Shown: positions 17,936 to 26,402 of the stretch, one piece after another
Numbering within the stretch: the first letter of the stretch is position 1
Layout: every line of letters begins with the position of its first letter
Origin: an uncultured Clostridia bacterium
GTDB taxonomy: Bacteria > Bacillota > Clostridia > Christensenellales > UBA1750
Assembly (NCBI GenBank): GCA_947625765.1
Contig: CANQPP010000009.1
Location: forward strand, 2,835-66,834
Reading direction: 5' to 3'
DNA: 64,000 nt
The notes under the pieces: generated by a model
Databases searched by the model: none
What the model was told of the DNA's origin: nothing
The model's input: the letters and a program-made list of their open reading frames with translations, nothing else
Translations under genes and position numbers: made by a program

Positions 17936-19044
17936 GGGCGGGCGACCTCTTCCAGTATGGAGCAGACATCCTGGGCGGCGTTGGGCTTGCCGAACAGCGC
18001 CTGCGCCTGGCTCATCAGGCGCCGCCGCTCCTCGCTCATCATCAGCTGCCCGGCCACCTCGCCCACGGGCTGTGTGGCGTTCGCACGCATGGCCATGCCG
18101 TGGTTGGTCAAAAAGTCCATGTTGCGGTCCTCCTGGCCGGGGATGGGGTTCACCAGCACCATGGGCAGCTGCTTGGCGATGGCCTCGGACACGGTGAGCC
18201 CGCCGGGCTTGGTCACGATCATGTCGGCGGCGCTCATCATCACGGGCACCTGGTCGGTGTAGGCGTAAACGCGCATGGGCTTGCGGGTGTGCATGCCGCT
18301 CAAGCGGTTAAACATGCGCTTGTTGTTGCCGCAGACGGCCAAAATTTGGAACAGGCTCGGGTTCTCGTCCATGCTCTCCACGGCCTTGGCGATATCTCCA
18401 TGGCCCATGGAGCCGCCCATGAGAAGCACCGTGGGCATATCCTCCACGCCCAGGCGCTGCCGCGCCTCCGTTTGGTCGATCCTCTCCCGGAACTCGCTCA
18501 AAATGGGGATGCCCACGGGCCGTATGATGGCCCGGTCGATGCCCTTGCGCACGAAGCTCTCGGTCAGCTGCTCGCTGGGCGTCACCAGCGCGTCCAGCGT
18601 GGTGCCCAGCCAGAAGGGATGCAGCGTATAGTCCGTCACGATGCCGACCCTGGGCGCGCTACACACGCCCCGCTCGTAGATGGCCGAGGCGATCTGCGCG
18701 GCGAAGCTCATGGTGCAGACCACCACATCCGGCTGGAACTCGGCGTAGACGCCGTCCAGCTCCAGGCTCATGCGGGCGGCGATGCTCTTGTAGGCCCGCA
18801 GTATGGAGGCGAACTCCTGCTCCGCCCGCTCGAAGCTGCGGAACACGCGGCCGAAGGCCTTGGGCGTAAAGGCGATGGAGAGGCGGTAGCCGCCGTCCAC
18901 CAGCTCGCCCATGGCGGGAGAGACGTTCTCAAAGGTATCCACGATGCGGCACTCGTGCCCGCGCGCCTCCGCCGCGTCCGCCAGCCCCTTGGCCGTGCGG
19001 TTGTGGCCCTGGCCAGCGGTCACGGACAGGATCAGAATGCGCAT
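17932..19044 (-). CDS. MGDG synthase / UgtP-like diacylglycerol glycosyltransferase (GT28)
   Basis: MRILILSVTAGQGHNRTAKGLADA... is typical of the processive diacylglycerol glucosyltransferase N-terminus. The C-terminal KPGGLTVSEA...P...PIPGQE motif is also present. Start ATG at 19044. Confidence 0.8.
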   Translation of the reverse strand: MRILILSVTAGQGHNRTAKGLADAAEARGHECRIVDTFENVSPAMGELVDGGYRLSIAFTPKAFGRVFRSFERAEQEFASILRAYKSIAARMSLELDGVYAEFQPDVVVCTMSFAAQIASAIYERGVCSAPRVGIVTDYTLHPFWLGTTLDALVTPSEQLTESFVRKGIDRAIIRPVGIPILSEFRERIDQTEARQRLGVEDMPTVLLMGGSMGHGDIAKAVESMDENPSLFQILAVCGNNKRMFNRLSGMHTRKPMRVYAYTDQVPVMMSAADMIVTKPGGLTVSEAIAKQLPMVLVNPIPGQEDRNMDFLTNHGMAMRANATQPVGEVAGQLMMSEERRRLMSQAQALFGKPNAAQDVCSILEEVARP

Positions 19045-19049
19045 TCCTT

Positions 19050-20363
19050 TCACGCTCCTTCTTGGGTGTTCCGTTTTTCTTCCTCCGCCTGCAGGCAGAG
19101 CCGCGCTTCCCCGGCCAGATAGAGGGACCCGCACACCACCGTCGGCGCCCCATCCGCCATCTGCCGGGCAAGGCGCAGGCCTTCCCGGGTGTTGGGGGCG
19201 GTCATACCTTGAACGCCGTGCCCGCGGAACAGTTCGCAGAGCCGCTCCGGGTCCATGGCCCTGCTTATCCCCTCGGGCCGCACGCACACCGCCGCGCGGC
19301 AGCAGGGCGCGAGAACTTTGACGATCTGCTCCACGTCCTTGTCGGCCATCACGCCGGTCAGAAGCACGGGCTTTTCCGTTTCCGGCAGGCTGCGCAGGTA
19401 GGCGGCCAGGCTCGCGGCGCCCTGGGGGTTGTGGGCCCCGTCCAGCAGCACGCTGCCGAACCACTCCAGCCTTCCCGGCCAGCGGGCGGCGGCAAGACCC
19501 TCCCGCACGGTCCTCTGGTCCAGATGCGCCCGCTCCTTCACCAGCGACAGCAGCCCCAGGGCGGTCATGGCGTTGGCCACCTGGTGCTCCCCCGGCAGGG
19601 AGATGGCGTAGTCCCCCTCAAGGCCGGGGACGGATGCATAGAAGCCCGCGCCGCGCTCGTGCAGGCGCACGGCCTGGGGCGGGTAGTCGTTTAGGTCCAG
19701 GCAGGGCGCGTCCCTCTGGGCGCACACCGCGCGGATCACCGCGCCCGCCTCGCCGTCCTGGGCCTGCAGGGCCAGGGGGGTATGGTCCTTGACGATGCCC
19801 GCCTTCTCAAAGGCGATCTTGTCGATGGTCGACCCCAGCGTGCGCGTGTGGTCCAGTCCGATGCGGGCGATGGCGCAGGCGGCCGGATGGATCACGTTGG
19901 TGGGGTCGAAGCGGCCGCCCAGGCCCACCTCGATCACCGCGAAATCCACCTTTTCCTGGGCAAAATACAGGAAGGCGATGGCCGTGCCCGTCTCAAAGAT
20001 GGTGGGGATGCCCTCGCCCAGGGCCTCCATTTGCTCGATCTCCTTCGCCACGCGTTCGGTCAGGGCGGCCAGCGTCTCGTCCGGGATGGGCTGGCCGTTT
20101 ATCTGCATGCGCTCGTTGTAGCGCATGAGGTAGGGCGAGGTGTACATGCCCACCCTGTGCCCGGCGGCGCGCAGGGCGCTCATGGTGAAGGCGCAGACGG
20201 AGCCCTTGCCGTTGGTGCCCGCCACGTGCAGCGTCGGGTACTCGTCCTGCGGGTCCCCCAGCCGCGCCAGCAGGCGGCGCATGTTCTCCAGCCCCACCTT
20301 CTTGCCCATGCCGGCGCGGCCGTTTATATAGGCGATCGCCTCGTCGTAGTTCAAAGACAACAC
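19050..20363 (-). CDS. folC: bifunctional folylpolyglutamate synthase / dihydrofolate synthase
   Basis: LSLNYDEAIAYING...HVAGTNGKGS (P-loop) in a Mur-ligase fold. I place the start at the in-frame GTG at 20363. The next TTG or the far upstream start at 20480 are alternatives. Confidence 0.85.
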   Translation of the reverse strand: MLSLNYDEAIAYINGRAGMGKKVGLENMRRLLARLGDPQDEYPTLHVAGTNGKGSVCAFTMSALRAAGHRVGMYTSPYLMRYNERMQINGQPIPDETLAALTERVAKEIEQMEALGEGIPTIFETGTAIAFLYFAQEKVDFAVIEVGLGGRFDPTNVIHPAACAIARIGLDHTRTLGSTIDKIAFEKAGIVKDHTPLALQAQDGEAGAVIRAVCAQRDAPCLDLNDYPPQAVRLHERGAGFYASVPGLEGDYAISLPGEHQVANAMTALGLLSLVKERAHLDQRTVREGLAAARWPGRLEWFGSVLLDGAHNPQGAASLAAYLRSLPETEKPVLLTGVMADKDVEQIVKVLAPCCRAAVCVRPEGISRAMDPERLCELFRGHGVQGMTAPNTREGLRLARQMADGAPTVVCGSLYLAGEARLCLQAEEEKRNTQEGA

Positions 20364-20509
20364 ATCCCCATGTTTTCTTCTCTGTTTATTTCCTCTCCCT
20401 GATCTTAGCAAAGCCGGGAGAGCCTTCCACTCACAGTATAGCGGCGCTTCCTTAAGATTGCAAGAGACCGCAAAACGCATCCGGCCGCGGGAACAAAATT
20501 TAAAGTGAG

Positions 20510-20541
20510 CAAAATGAAGCGGCGGGCCTGCGGCCCGCCGC
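20510..20541 (-). terminator. terminator after the sensor kinase gene
   Basis: gcggcgggcc (20519-20528) pairs with ggcccgccgc (20532-20541). The minus strand then reads TTCATTTT. Confidence 0.6.
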
Positions 20542-20569
20542 GCTTGCGCTTTATCTCTCGTTCAATGTC

Positions 20570-22318
20570 TTATGCCTGCCCGTTTCCCGGGCCGGGATCG
20601 TAGTTCAAGCGCACCAGGAACTCCGTGCCCACGCCGGGCTCGGACTCCACGCTGATCTGGCCCTTCATGTCCATCACGATGTGCTTGACGATGGCCAGTC
20701 CCAATCCGGTGCCGCCCATGCTCCGGGAGCGGCCCTTGTCCACCCGGTAGAAGCGCTCGAACAGCTGGGGGATGTGCTCCTGGGCGATACCGATGCCGGT
20801 GTCCTTGACGCGCAGGATCACGTTGTCCCCTTCACGCAACACGCGCACCCAGACCTTGCCGCCGTTGAGCGTGTACTTGACGGCATTGTCGATCAAATTG
20901 ATGAGCAGCTGGCGCACGTGGTCGGTGTTGGCCTGTATGTAGCAGTCCTCCTCCGTCTCCACGATGAGCTCGATCTGCTTATCGTCCGCGGCCTGCTTGA
21001 GCAGCAGGGCCGAGTCCTTCGCCTGTTCGCTTAGGGAAACGCGCGTGGTGGGCGCGCGCAGCCTGCCCGATTCCATGGAGGAAAGGGACAGAACGTCGTT
21101 GATGAGCCGATAGAGGCGGTCGGCCTCCATGGCGATGATGTCCAGGAATTTTCTCGCCGTCTCCGGGTCGTCGATGGCGCCCTGCTGCAGGGTCTCCACG
21201 AAGCCCTTGATGGAGGTGAGCGGCGTCTTCAGCTCGTGGGTCACGTTGGCGGCAAAGTCCGTGCGCATCTGCTCCAGCTGGCGCATCTTGGTGATGTCCT
21301 CCAGCATGGCAACGACGCCGATGGGGCCGCCGTCGTGCTGAAGGCCGGAAATGTAGACACGGATGAGCTTGTGCCGGGAGCCCTCGTTCTGGTCGGCGCG
21401 CACGGGCAGCTCCACCTGGGTCAGGCTGTCGGTCTCCATGGCCTCCTTGAGGCTGGCCTCCAGCTTGGCGTTGCCGGTGGCCTCCAGAAGGCGCTTGCCC
21501 TCCACCTTGCCCTGGGCGCCCAGCATCTTGCGGGCGGCGTCGTTCATGCGCACGATGCGCATCTGCCCGTCCACGACGATGAGGCCGTTGATCATGGAGC
21601 CCAAGATGGAGTCCAGCTCCGCGCTCTGGCGGTGCAGCTCCGTCACGGTATCCACCAGGCGGTTGTTCATCCGCTGCAGGGCGGAGAGCAGCTGGTTCGC
21701 CTCGCGGTAGGCGTACATCTTGGGCGCGATCACCACGTCGCCGCTGCCCATGGTCTGGGCGACCTCGGTGGCGTAGTTGAGGGGACGCAGGCTCAGGTAG
21801 GCAAACAGCGCGGAACAGCCCAGCGCCGCTATCAGGATCAGCGCCATCCAGCCGAAGAAGGACGGCCAGGCGGTGTCGGCGAACATGTCGTGGCCCAGAA
21901 GGATGCACAGGCAGCCGCCGTCGTCCAGACGCACGCAGAGGCTCTGCTCCAGCTTCCCCGAAAAGAAGTGGCTGCGGGTGGACTCGCCCCGGCCGGAAGC
22001 CAGGGCCTCCTCCACGTCGGCGATGCGCGGCTCGCCCGCCTCTCCTCCGCCGGAGTCATACAAAAGTCTGGAGTCATACAAAAGGCTTAAGTCGGGAGCG
22101 TACAGGACCAGGCGCGCGTTCGTCGCGTGGGCCAGCCTCTGCCATTCCTCCTCCCCGTCCGCGGAAACGGCAAGCTCCAACAGGCCCTCCGCCTGTGCGG
22201 AAAGCGCGGCCTGTTCGTGCAGGTATGCCGTGCGCAGGGAGACGAGCGCAGAGGCAACCGACGCCAGGGTGAAGAACAGCATCAGCACCGCCAGCAGGCG
22301 TTTGTGCAGGGAGATCAA
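20570..22318 (-). CDS. sensor histidine kinase (TM-sensor-TM, HAMP, PAS, HisKA, HATPase_c; PhoR/WalK-like)
   Basis: H-box HELKTPLTSIKGF, N-box LINLIDNAVKY, G-boxes DTGIGI and GGTGLGLAIV, and PAS-like LDSILGSMINGLIVVD. 582 aa. Confidence 0.9.
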   Translation of the reverse strand: MISLHKRLLAVLMLFFTLASVASALVSLRTAYLHEQAALSAQAEGLLELAVSADGEEEWQRLAHATNARLVLYAPDLSLLYDSRLLYDSGGGEAGEPRIADVEEALASGRGESTRSHFFSGKLEQSLCVRLDDGGCLCILLGHDMFADTAWPSFFGWMALILIAALGCSALFAYLSLRPLNYATEVAQTMGSGDVVIAPKMYAYREANQLLSALQRMNNRLVDTVTELHRQSAELDSILGSMINGLIVVDGQMRIVRMNDAARKMLGAQGKVEGKRLLEATGNAKLEASLKEAMETDSLTQVELPVRADQNEGSRHKLIRVYISGLQHDGGPIGVVAMLEDITKMRQLEQMRTDFAANVTHELKTPLTSIKGFVETLQQGAIDDPETARKFLDIIAMEADRLYRLINDVLSLSSMESGRLRAPTTRVSLSEQAKDSALLLKQAADDKQIELIVETEEDCYIQANTDHVRQLLINLIDNAVKYTLNGGKVWVRVLREGDNVILRVKDTGIGIAQEHIPQLFERFYRVDKGRSRSMGGTGLGLAIVKHIVMDMKGQISVESEPGVGTEFLVRLNYDPGPGNGQA

Positions 22319-23013
22319 GCGTCCTGATCCTTATCCACGAACCTGTACCCGACGCCGCGGACGGTCTCGATGTACGGTTCCTCTCCCAGCTTTTGGCGCA
22401 GGTGGCGGATGTGCACGTCCACCGTGCGGGTCTCGCCGTAATACTCATAGCCCCAGATGCGGTCCAGCAGGAAGTCGCGGGTGAGCACCTTGCCGCGGGA
22501 GAGCACCAGCACCTTGAGCAGCTCGAACTCCTTGAGCGTCAGGCTCAGCTTCTCGCCGCCCTTGAAGGCCTCGTAGTTGGTGATGTCGATCACGATGTCG
22601 CCGCAGCGCAGGGTCTGCGGTTCGCTCTCCTGCTGGGGCGCCACGCGGCGCAGCAGGGACTTGACCCTGGCGGCCAGCTCGCGCACGGAGAAGGGCTTGG
22701 TGATGTAATCGTCCGCGCCCAGCTCCAGGCCCAGGATCTTGTCGACCTCGTCGCCCCTGGCGGTGAGCATGATGATGGGGATGTTGCTGGTGGTGCGGTC
22801 GCCCTTCAGGCGGCGGCAGACCTCCAAACCGTCGATGCCGGGCAGCATGATGTCCAGCAGCACCAGGGAGGGCTTTTCCACCTCGCAGCGCTTGAGCGCC
22901 TCCTCGCCGGTCAGCGCGGTGACCACATTGTAACCGGCGCTCTTGAGGTTGAAGGAGATGAGCTCAAGGATATGCACTTCGTCGTCAACGGCCAGGATCA
23001 TGTCGTTAGGCAT
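22315..23013 (-). CDS. OmpR-family response regulator
   Basis: ILAVDDE...LDIMLPGIDG...MLTA receiver domain plus a winged-helix C-terminus (TVDVHIRHLRQKL...VRGVGYRF). ATG at 23013 is 8 nt after AGGAGG. Its stop overlaps the kinase start. Confidence 0.92.
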   Translation of the reverse strand: MPNDMILAVDDEVHILELISFNLKSAGYNVVTALTGEEALKRCEVEKPSLVLLDIMLPGIDGLEVCRRLKGDRTTSNIPIIMLTARGDEVDKILGLELGADDYITKPFSVRELAARVKSLLRRVAPQQESEPQTLRCGDIVIDITNYEAFKGGEKLSLTLKEFELLKVLVLSRGKVLTRDFLLDRIWGYEYYGETRTVDVHIRHLRQKLGEEPYIETVRGVGYRFVDKDQDA

Positions 23014-23068
23014 AGGGATAACCTCCTTATGTGTCAAGGGCTTCAAGCCGCGGGCACGGGCCCGGCGC

Positions 23069-23533
23069 TCAGCTCCCTGGTTTCGTTTTCAGAAGCTGGT
23101 TGAGCTCCTGCAGGAACGTGTTGATGTCGCAGAAGGAGCGGTACACGGCGGCGAAGCGCACGTAGGCCACCTCGTCCAGCTCGCGCAGATGCTCCATCAC
23201 AAGGTCGCCGATGGTCTGCGTCGGCACCTCGGTCAGCAGGGAATTGTAGATCTGCATCTCCACGTCGCGGATCAGATCGTCCACCTGCTTCATGGCGATG
23301 GGCCGCTTTTCGCAGGCCTTGATGAGTCCGGCGCGGATCTTGTCGGGGTTGAAGCTCTCCCGGCGGCCGTCCTTCTTGATGACCATGACCGGGGTCTGTT
23401 CGATGGTCTCGAAGGTGGTGAAGCGCCGCCCGCAGCTGTTGCACTCGCGCCGCCTGCGGATCACCAGTCCCTCGTCGGTCTGCCGCGTGTCGATCACGCG
23501 GCTGTCGGTGGAATTGCAGTACATGCACCTCAT
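23069..23533 (-). CDS. nrdR: transcriptional repressor NrdR
   Basis: MRCMYCNSTDSRVIDTR...CNSCGRRFTTFE zinc ribbon plus an ATP-cone. 154 aa. GGAGG lies upstream of the ATG at 23533. Confidence 0.95.
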   Translation of the reverse strand: MRCMYCNSTDSRVIDTRQTDEGLVIRRRRECNSCGRRFTTFETIEQTPVMVIKKDGRRESFNPDKIRAGLIKACEKRPIAMKQVDDLIRDVEMQIYNSLLTEVPTQTIGDLVMEHLRELDEVAYVRFAAVYRSFCDINTFLQELNQLLKTKPGS

Positions 23534-23588
23534 AGGCTTTGTTCGTTTCCTCCATAAGGTCCCGTTATCGTACACCTTACCATTCATT

Positions 23589-23617
23589 ATTATATCTCGA
23601 TTTTCATCTATCGTAAA
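23589..23617 (-). promoter_or_regulatory. candidate sigma-A promoter for nrdR
   Basis: Minus strand reads TTTACG, a 17-nt spacer, then TATAAT, about 55 nt upstream of the nrdR ATG. Confidence 0.5.
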
Positions 23618-23693
23618 GCCCCGTTTCTCCATTTTGACAAAAAAGTTTTTTCCTTCATTGAAAAAACGTTTGACTCCGCTCAAAATTTACGCC

Positions 23694-23723
23694 TTGACGC
23701 ATGGCAGCCTGTCTTGCTATACT
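23694..23723 (+). promoter_or_regulatory. candidate sigma-A promoter for the nitroreductase gene
   Basis: TTGACG (23694-23699), an 18-nt spacer, then TATACT (23718-23723). Confidence 0.5.
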
Positions 23724-23775
23724 GGCTCCGTGTCATGGTCTACACAAAAGACGACCCTTTGGAGGTGTTCACCCG

Positions 23776-24390
23776 ATGAATGACAAGCGTCTTTGGGAGC
23801 CGCTCGAGCTCATCCGCACCCGGCGCAGCACCCGCCGCTTTGCGAAAAGGCCAGTGGAGGAGGAAAAGCTGGCCGCCGTGCTGGAGGCGGGCCGCAGCGC
23901 GCCCAGCGGCGGCAACAACCAGAGCACCCACTTTCTGGTGATCCGCAGCCGAAAGGTGCTGGACGAGCTGGCGGAGCTGGCGCAGGCCGCCTTCGCCGCC
24001 ATGGAGGAAACGCCCGGCATGTATTCCTCCCTGCGCTCCTCCGTGCGCCGCTCCAAGGCGGGCGGCTACGTGTTCCACTACAATGCCCCGGTGCTCATCG
24101 TAACGGCCAACCGGCGGGATCATAGCAACAACATCGCCGACTGCGCCTGCGCCCTGGAGAACATGATGCTGGCGGCAAATGGCCTGGACCTTGGCAGCTG
24201 CTGGATCAACCAGCTCAAGTGGCTGAACGAGGAGCCGTCCATTCTGGCCCTGCTCCGCAAACACGGCCTCCAAGAGGACGAGCGGGTCTACGGCGCGCTG
24301 GCGCTGGGCTATGCGGACACGCCCGACGGCTTGCCTCCGCGCACGCCCCTGCCCCGCACCGGCAACCCCGTGAGCTTCATCGACGATTGA
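23776..24390 (+). CDS. nitroreductase family protein
   Basis: IRTRRSTRRF...APSGGNNQSTHFLV is the typical FMN-nitroreductase signature. 204 aa. GGAGG lies upstream. Confidence 0.88.
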   Translation: MNDKRLWEPLELIRTRRSTRRFAKRPVEEEKLAAVLEAGRSAPSGGNNQSTHFLVIRSRKVLDELAELAQAAFAAMEETPGMYSSLRSSVRRSKAGGYVFHYNAPVLIVTANRRDHSNNIADCACALENMMLAANGLDLGSCWINQLKWLNEEPSILALLRKHGLQEDERVYGALALGYADTPDGLPPRTPLPRTGNPVSFIDD

Positions 24391-24474
24391 ACGCGCCGCT
24401 CCTTTTTAAGAACGAGAGCGATATCCTCTCGCAGACTTCGATACAAAGCCGAGGAAAACCCAAAAAGTGCGCCT

Positions 24475-24504
24475 TTGCGGTGTAATTTTTCGCTTGCGGT
24501 GTAA
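24475..24504 (+). repeat. direct repeat TTGCGGTGTAA x2 (19 nt start to start)
   Basis: Exact 11-mers at 24475-24485 and 24494-24504, about 105 nt upstream of the S51 peptidase ATG. Confidence 0.7.
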
Positions 24505-24609
24505 GTAGTACGATTGATCGAGAGGCGGACATGCCCGCCCGCCAGATCGCTGTTTGGCGGCGGAGCGCGCCTCTCCCTCAGTGAGCAGTATGTATGGAGG
24601 AATAAACTC

Positions 24610-25281
24610 ATGAATGCACAGATGCTTGGCTTCTTCAGCGGGTTCCCATCGCTTCATTTTCCCGATGCCGTTGTGACTCGTCTCAAAGAAGAATTGTCCG
24701 TCCGCAAAAGGCTTGTGTTTATAAGCGCATGGCCGTCGGAGTATGGGCGCAATGACAACGATGCTGCCGGTATGCACGCTATGTTTGCGGAATGTGATCT
24801 GCCATTTTCTGAATACCATGTGATCGATGACAGAACAGAGGCGGCTTTCGCGAAAGAGCTCATCCGAACGGGTTCGTGCATCTTCCTGATGGGCGGCAAT
24901 GCGACGCAGCAAATTCAGCTGCTCCGCAGAAAAGCGATCGTCGACGAGATCCGCTTAAGTTCTGCGGTCATTTTAGGGGTGAGCGCCGGATCGATCAACA
25001 TGGCAAGGCGTTCTGTCGATATTTGGGGATCCCTGACGCCTTACGAGGGACTGGCCCTTGCCGACATTACGATCAAAGCGCATTTTGATATGGAAAACAA
25101 GGAATTGGTACAAACACTCAAGCAAGTCTCCATGGAACTGCCCATTTGTGCAATGGAAGATGACAGCGCTATTTTTGTAAAAGACGGACACGCCTCGATG
25201 ACCGGGCGGATATATCGGATCCATAACGGGGAAATAACGGCGCTTTCTCAAGCGATGCTGGGATCTATGGTGGACCGATAA
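24610..25281 (+). CDS. peptidase S51 / type 1 glutamine amidotransferase-like (dipeptidase E-like)
   Basis: FLMGGNATQQ...ILGVSAGSINM matches the S51 nucleophile-elbow pattern. 223 aa. GGAGG lies upstream. G+C is visibly lower than in neighbouring genes. Confidence 0.7.
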   Translation: MNAQMLGFFSGFPSLHFPDAVVTRLKEELSVRKRLVFISAWPSEYGRNDNDAAGMHAMFAECDLPFSEYHVIDDRTEAAFAKELIRTGSCIFLMGGNATQQIQLLRRKAIVDEIRLSSAVILGVSAGSINMARRSVDIWGSLTPYEGLALADITIKAHFDMENKELVQTLKQVSMELPICAMEDDSAIFVKDGHASMTGRIYRIHNGEITALSQAMLGSMVDR

Positions 25282-25307
25282 AATTCCGTGCTCCTAAAGG
25301 AAAAAAG

Positions 25308-25343
25308 CAGCAAAATGCCTCCCGTCGCCGGGAGGCGTTTTGC
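25308..25343. terminator. bidirectional terminator between the S51 gene and holA
   Basis: agcaaaatgcctcccg, loop tcgc, then cgggaggcgttttgct. It is a perfect 16-bp stem with A/T runs on both flanks. Confidence 0.85.
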
Positions 25344-25360
25344 TCGTATCTGTATCTTTT

Positions 25361-26368
25361 CTACTTCTTCTCCATCATGCCGAACACCAGCAGGTCCAGC
25401 GCGCCGTCCTCGCTGCGCAGGCCGGAGCGCACCTCGTAGATGGCGCTGACACATTTATCCAGCATCGCCCAGCACTGCTCCGCGGAGAAGCGGCCGGCCA
25501 GCTCCATGCGCTTGCGGGCCGCGTAGGGGCTCACTCCCAGCGCCTGGGCCACTTGGGCGGCGTTTCGGCCCTCGTCCATCATGAGCCTTGTATGGTACAT
25601 CCAGCGCAGCTGCCGCGCCAGCGCCGAGGCCAGCTGGTTGAAGGCCCCGTTCTCCTTTTCCAGCTCGGACAGGAGCAGGAGCGCCTTTTGTCGGTTGCCC
25701 AGCACCACCGCGTCCAGCAGCTCGTACATCGCCATCTCCACGTTCCGGGGCACCACGGCCTCCACGTCCTCAAGGCAGACCTCCGCCCGCTCCCCCGCGT
25801 GGGCCTGCACCTTCTGCAGCTGTGTGTTGACGGCGGTCAGGTATGGGCCGCTCCTCTCCAGCAGGGAGGCCAGCGCGTCGGGGCGTATGGTCTTTCCGTA
25901 GGCGCGCAGCTGGCGGCGGACGAAGCTCTCCTGCTCCCGGGGGATCAGCGCGTCGAAGCGCACCCGCCCCCCGCGCTTTTCGATCAGCTTGACCAGCGCC
26001 TTCTTGCCGTCCGCAGCGCCGCGCACGAAGAACAGCAGGCAGACGCTGCCGGGCAGCGTATCCAGATAGGAAAGCAGCGCCTTGTCCTCGCCCTCGCCCC
26101 GTCCGGGCAGGCAGAGGGGGCTGTCCGTCACCTGCACCAGGCGCTTCTCCGCCATGAACGGCAGCGTCTCGCAGGCCTCGATCAGCTTGTCCGGCGGCAC
26201 CTTTTCCGCAAAGCGCGTCTCGTTCAGCTCCTCCAATCCCTCGGGCAGAAGGGACTTGCGCAGGGCGGATAAGGCGCTCTCCTTCACGTACTCCTCCTCG
26301 CCGTCGAACAGGAGCAGGTCCGGCAGCTTCCCGGCGGCCAGGTCCGCGTAATATTGCTTGTAGTCCAT
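25361..26368 (-). CDS. holA: DNA polymerase III subunit delta
   Basis: MDYKQYYADLAAGKLPDLLLFDGEEEYVKE... is a typical HolA N-terminus. 335 aa, directly downstream of comEC as in Bacillus. Confidence 0.88.
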   Translation of the reverse strand: MDYKQYYADLAAGKLPDLLLFDGEEEYVKESALSALRKSLLPEGLEELNETRFAEKVPPDKLIEACETLPFMAEKRLVQVTDSPLCLPGRGEGEDKALLSYLDTLPGSVCLLFFVRGAADGKKALVKLIEKRGGRVRFDALIPREQESFVRRQLRAYGKTIRPDALASLLERSGPYLTAVNTQLQKVQAHAGERAEVCLEDVEAVVPRNVEMAMYELLDAVVLGNRQKALLLLSELEKENGAFNQLASALARQLRWMYHTRLMMDEGRNAAQVAQALGVSPYAARKRMELAGRFSAEQCWAMLDKCVSAIYEVRSGLRSEDGALDLLVFGMMEKK

Positions 26369-26402
26369 CTCGTTCCTTTCAAAGGGGCTTATCTTATCCC
26401 CT

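Noticed and set aside
23630-23690. AT-rich near-palindromes (AAAAAAGTTTTTT and GAAAAAACGTTT) in the nrdR / nitroreductase divergent region, considered as possible NrdR boxes.
   Set aside because: They do not match the remembered 16-bp NrdR-box palindrome (acaCwAtATaTwGtgt). They also lie upstream of nrdR itself rather than of an nrd operon.
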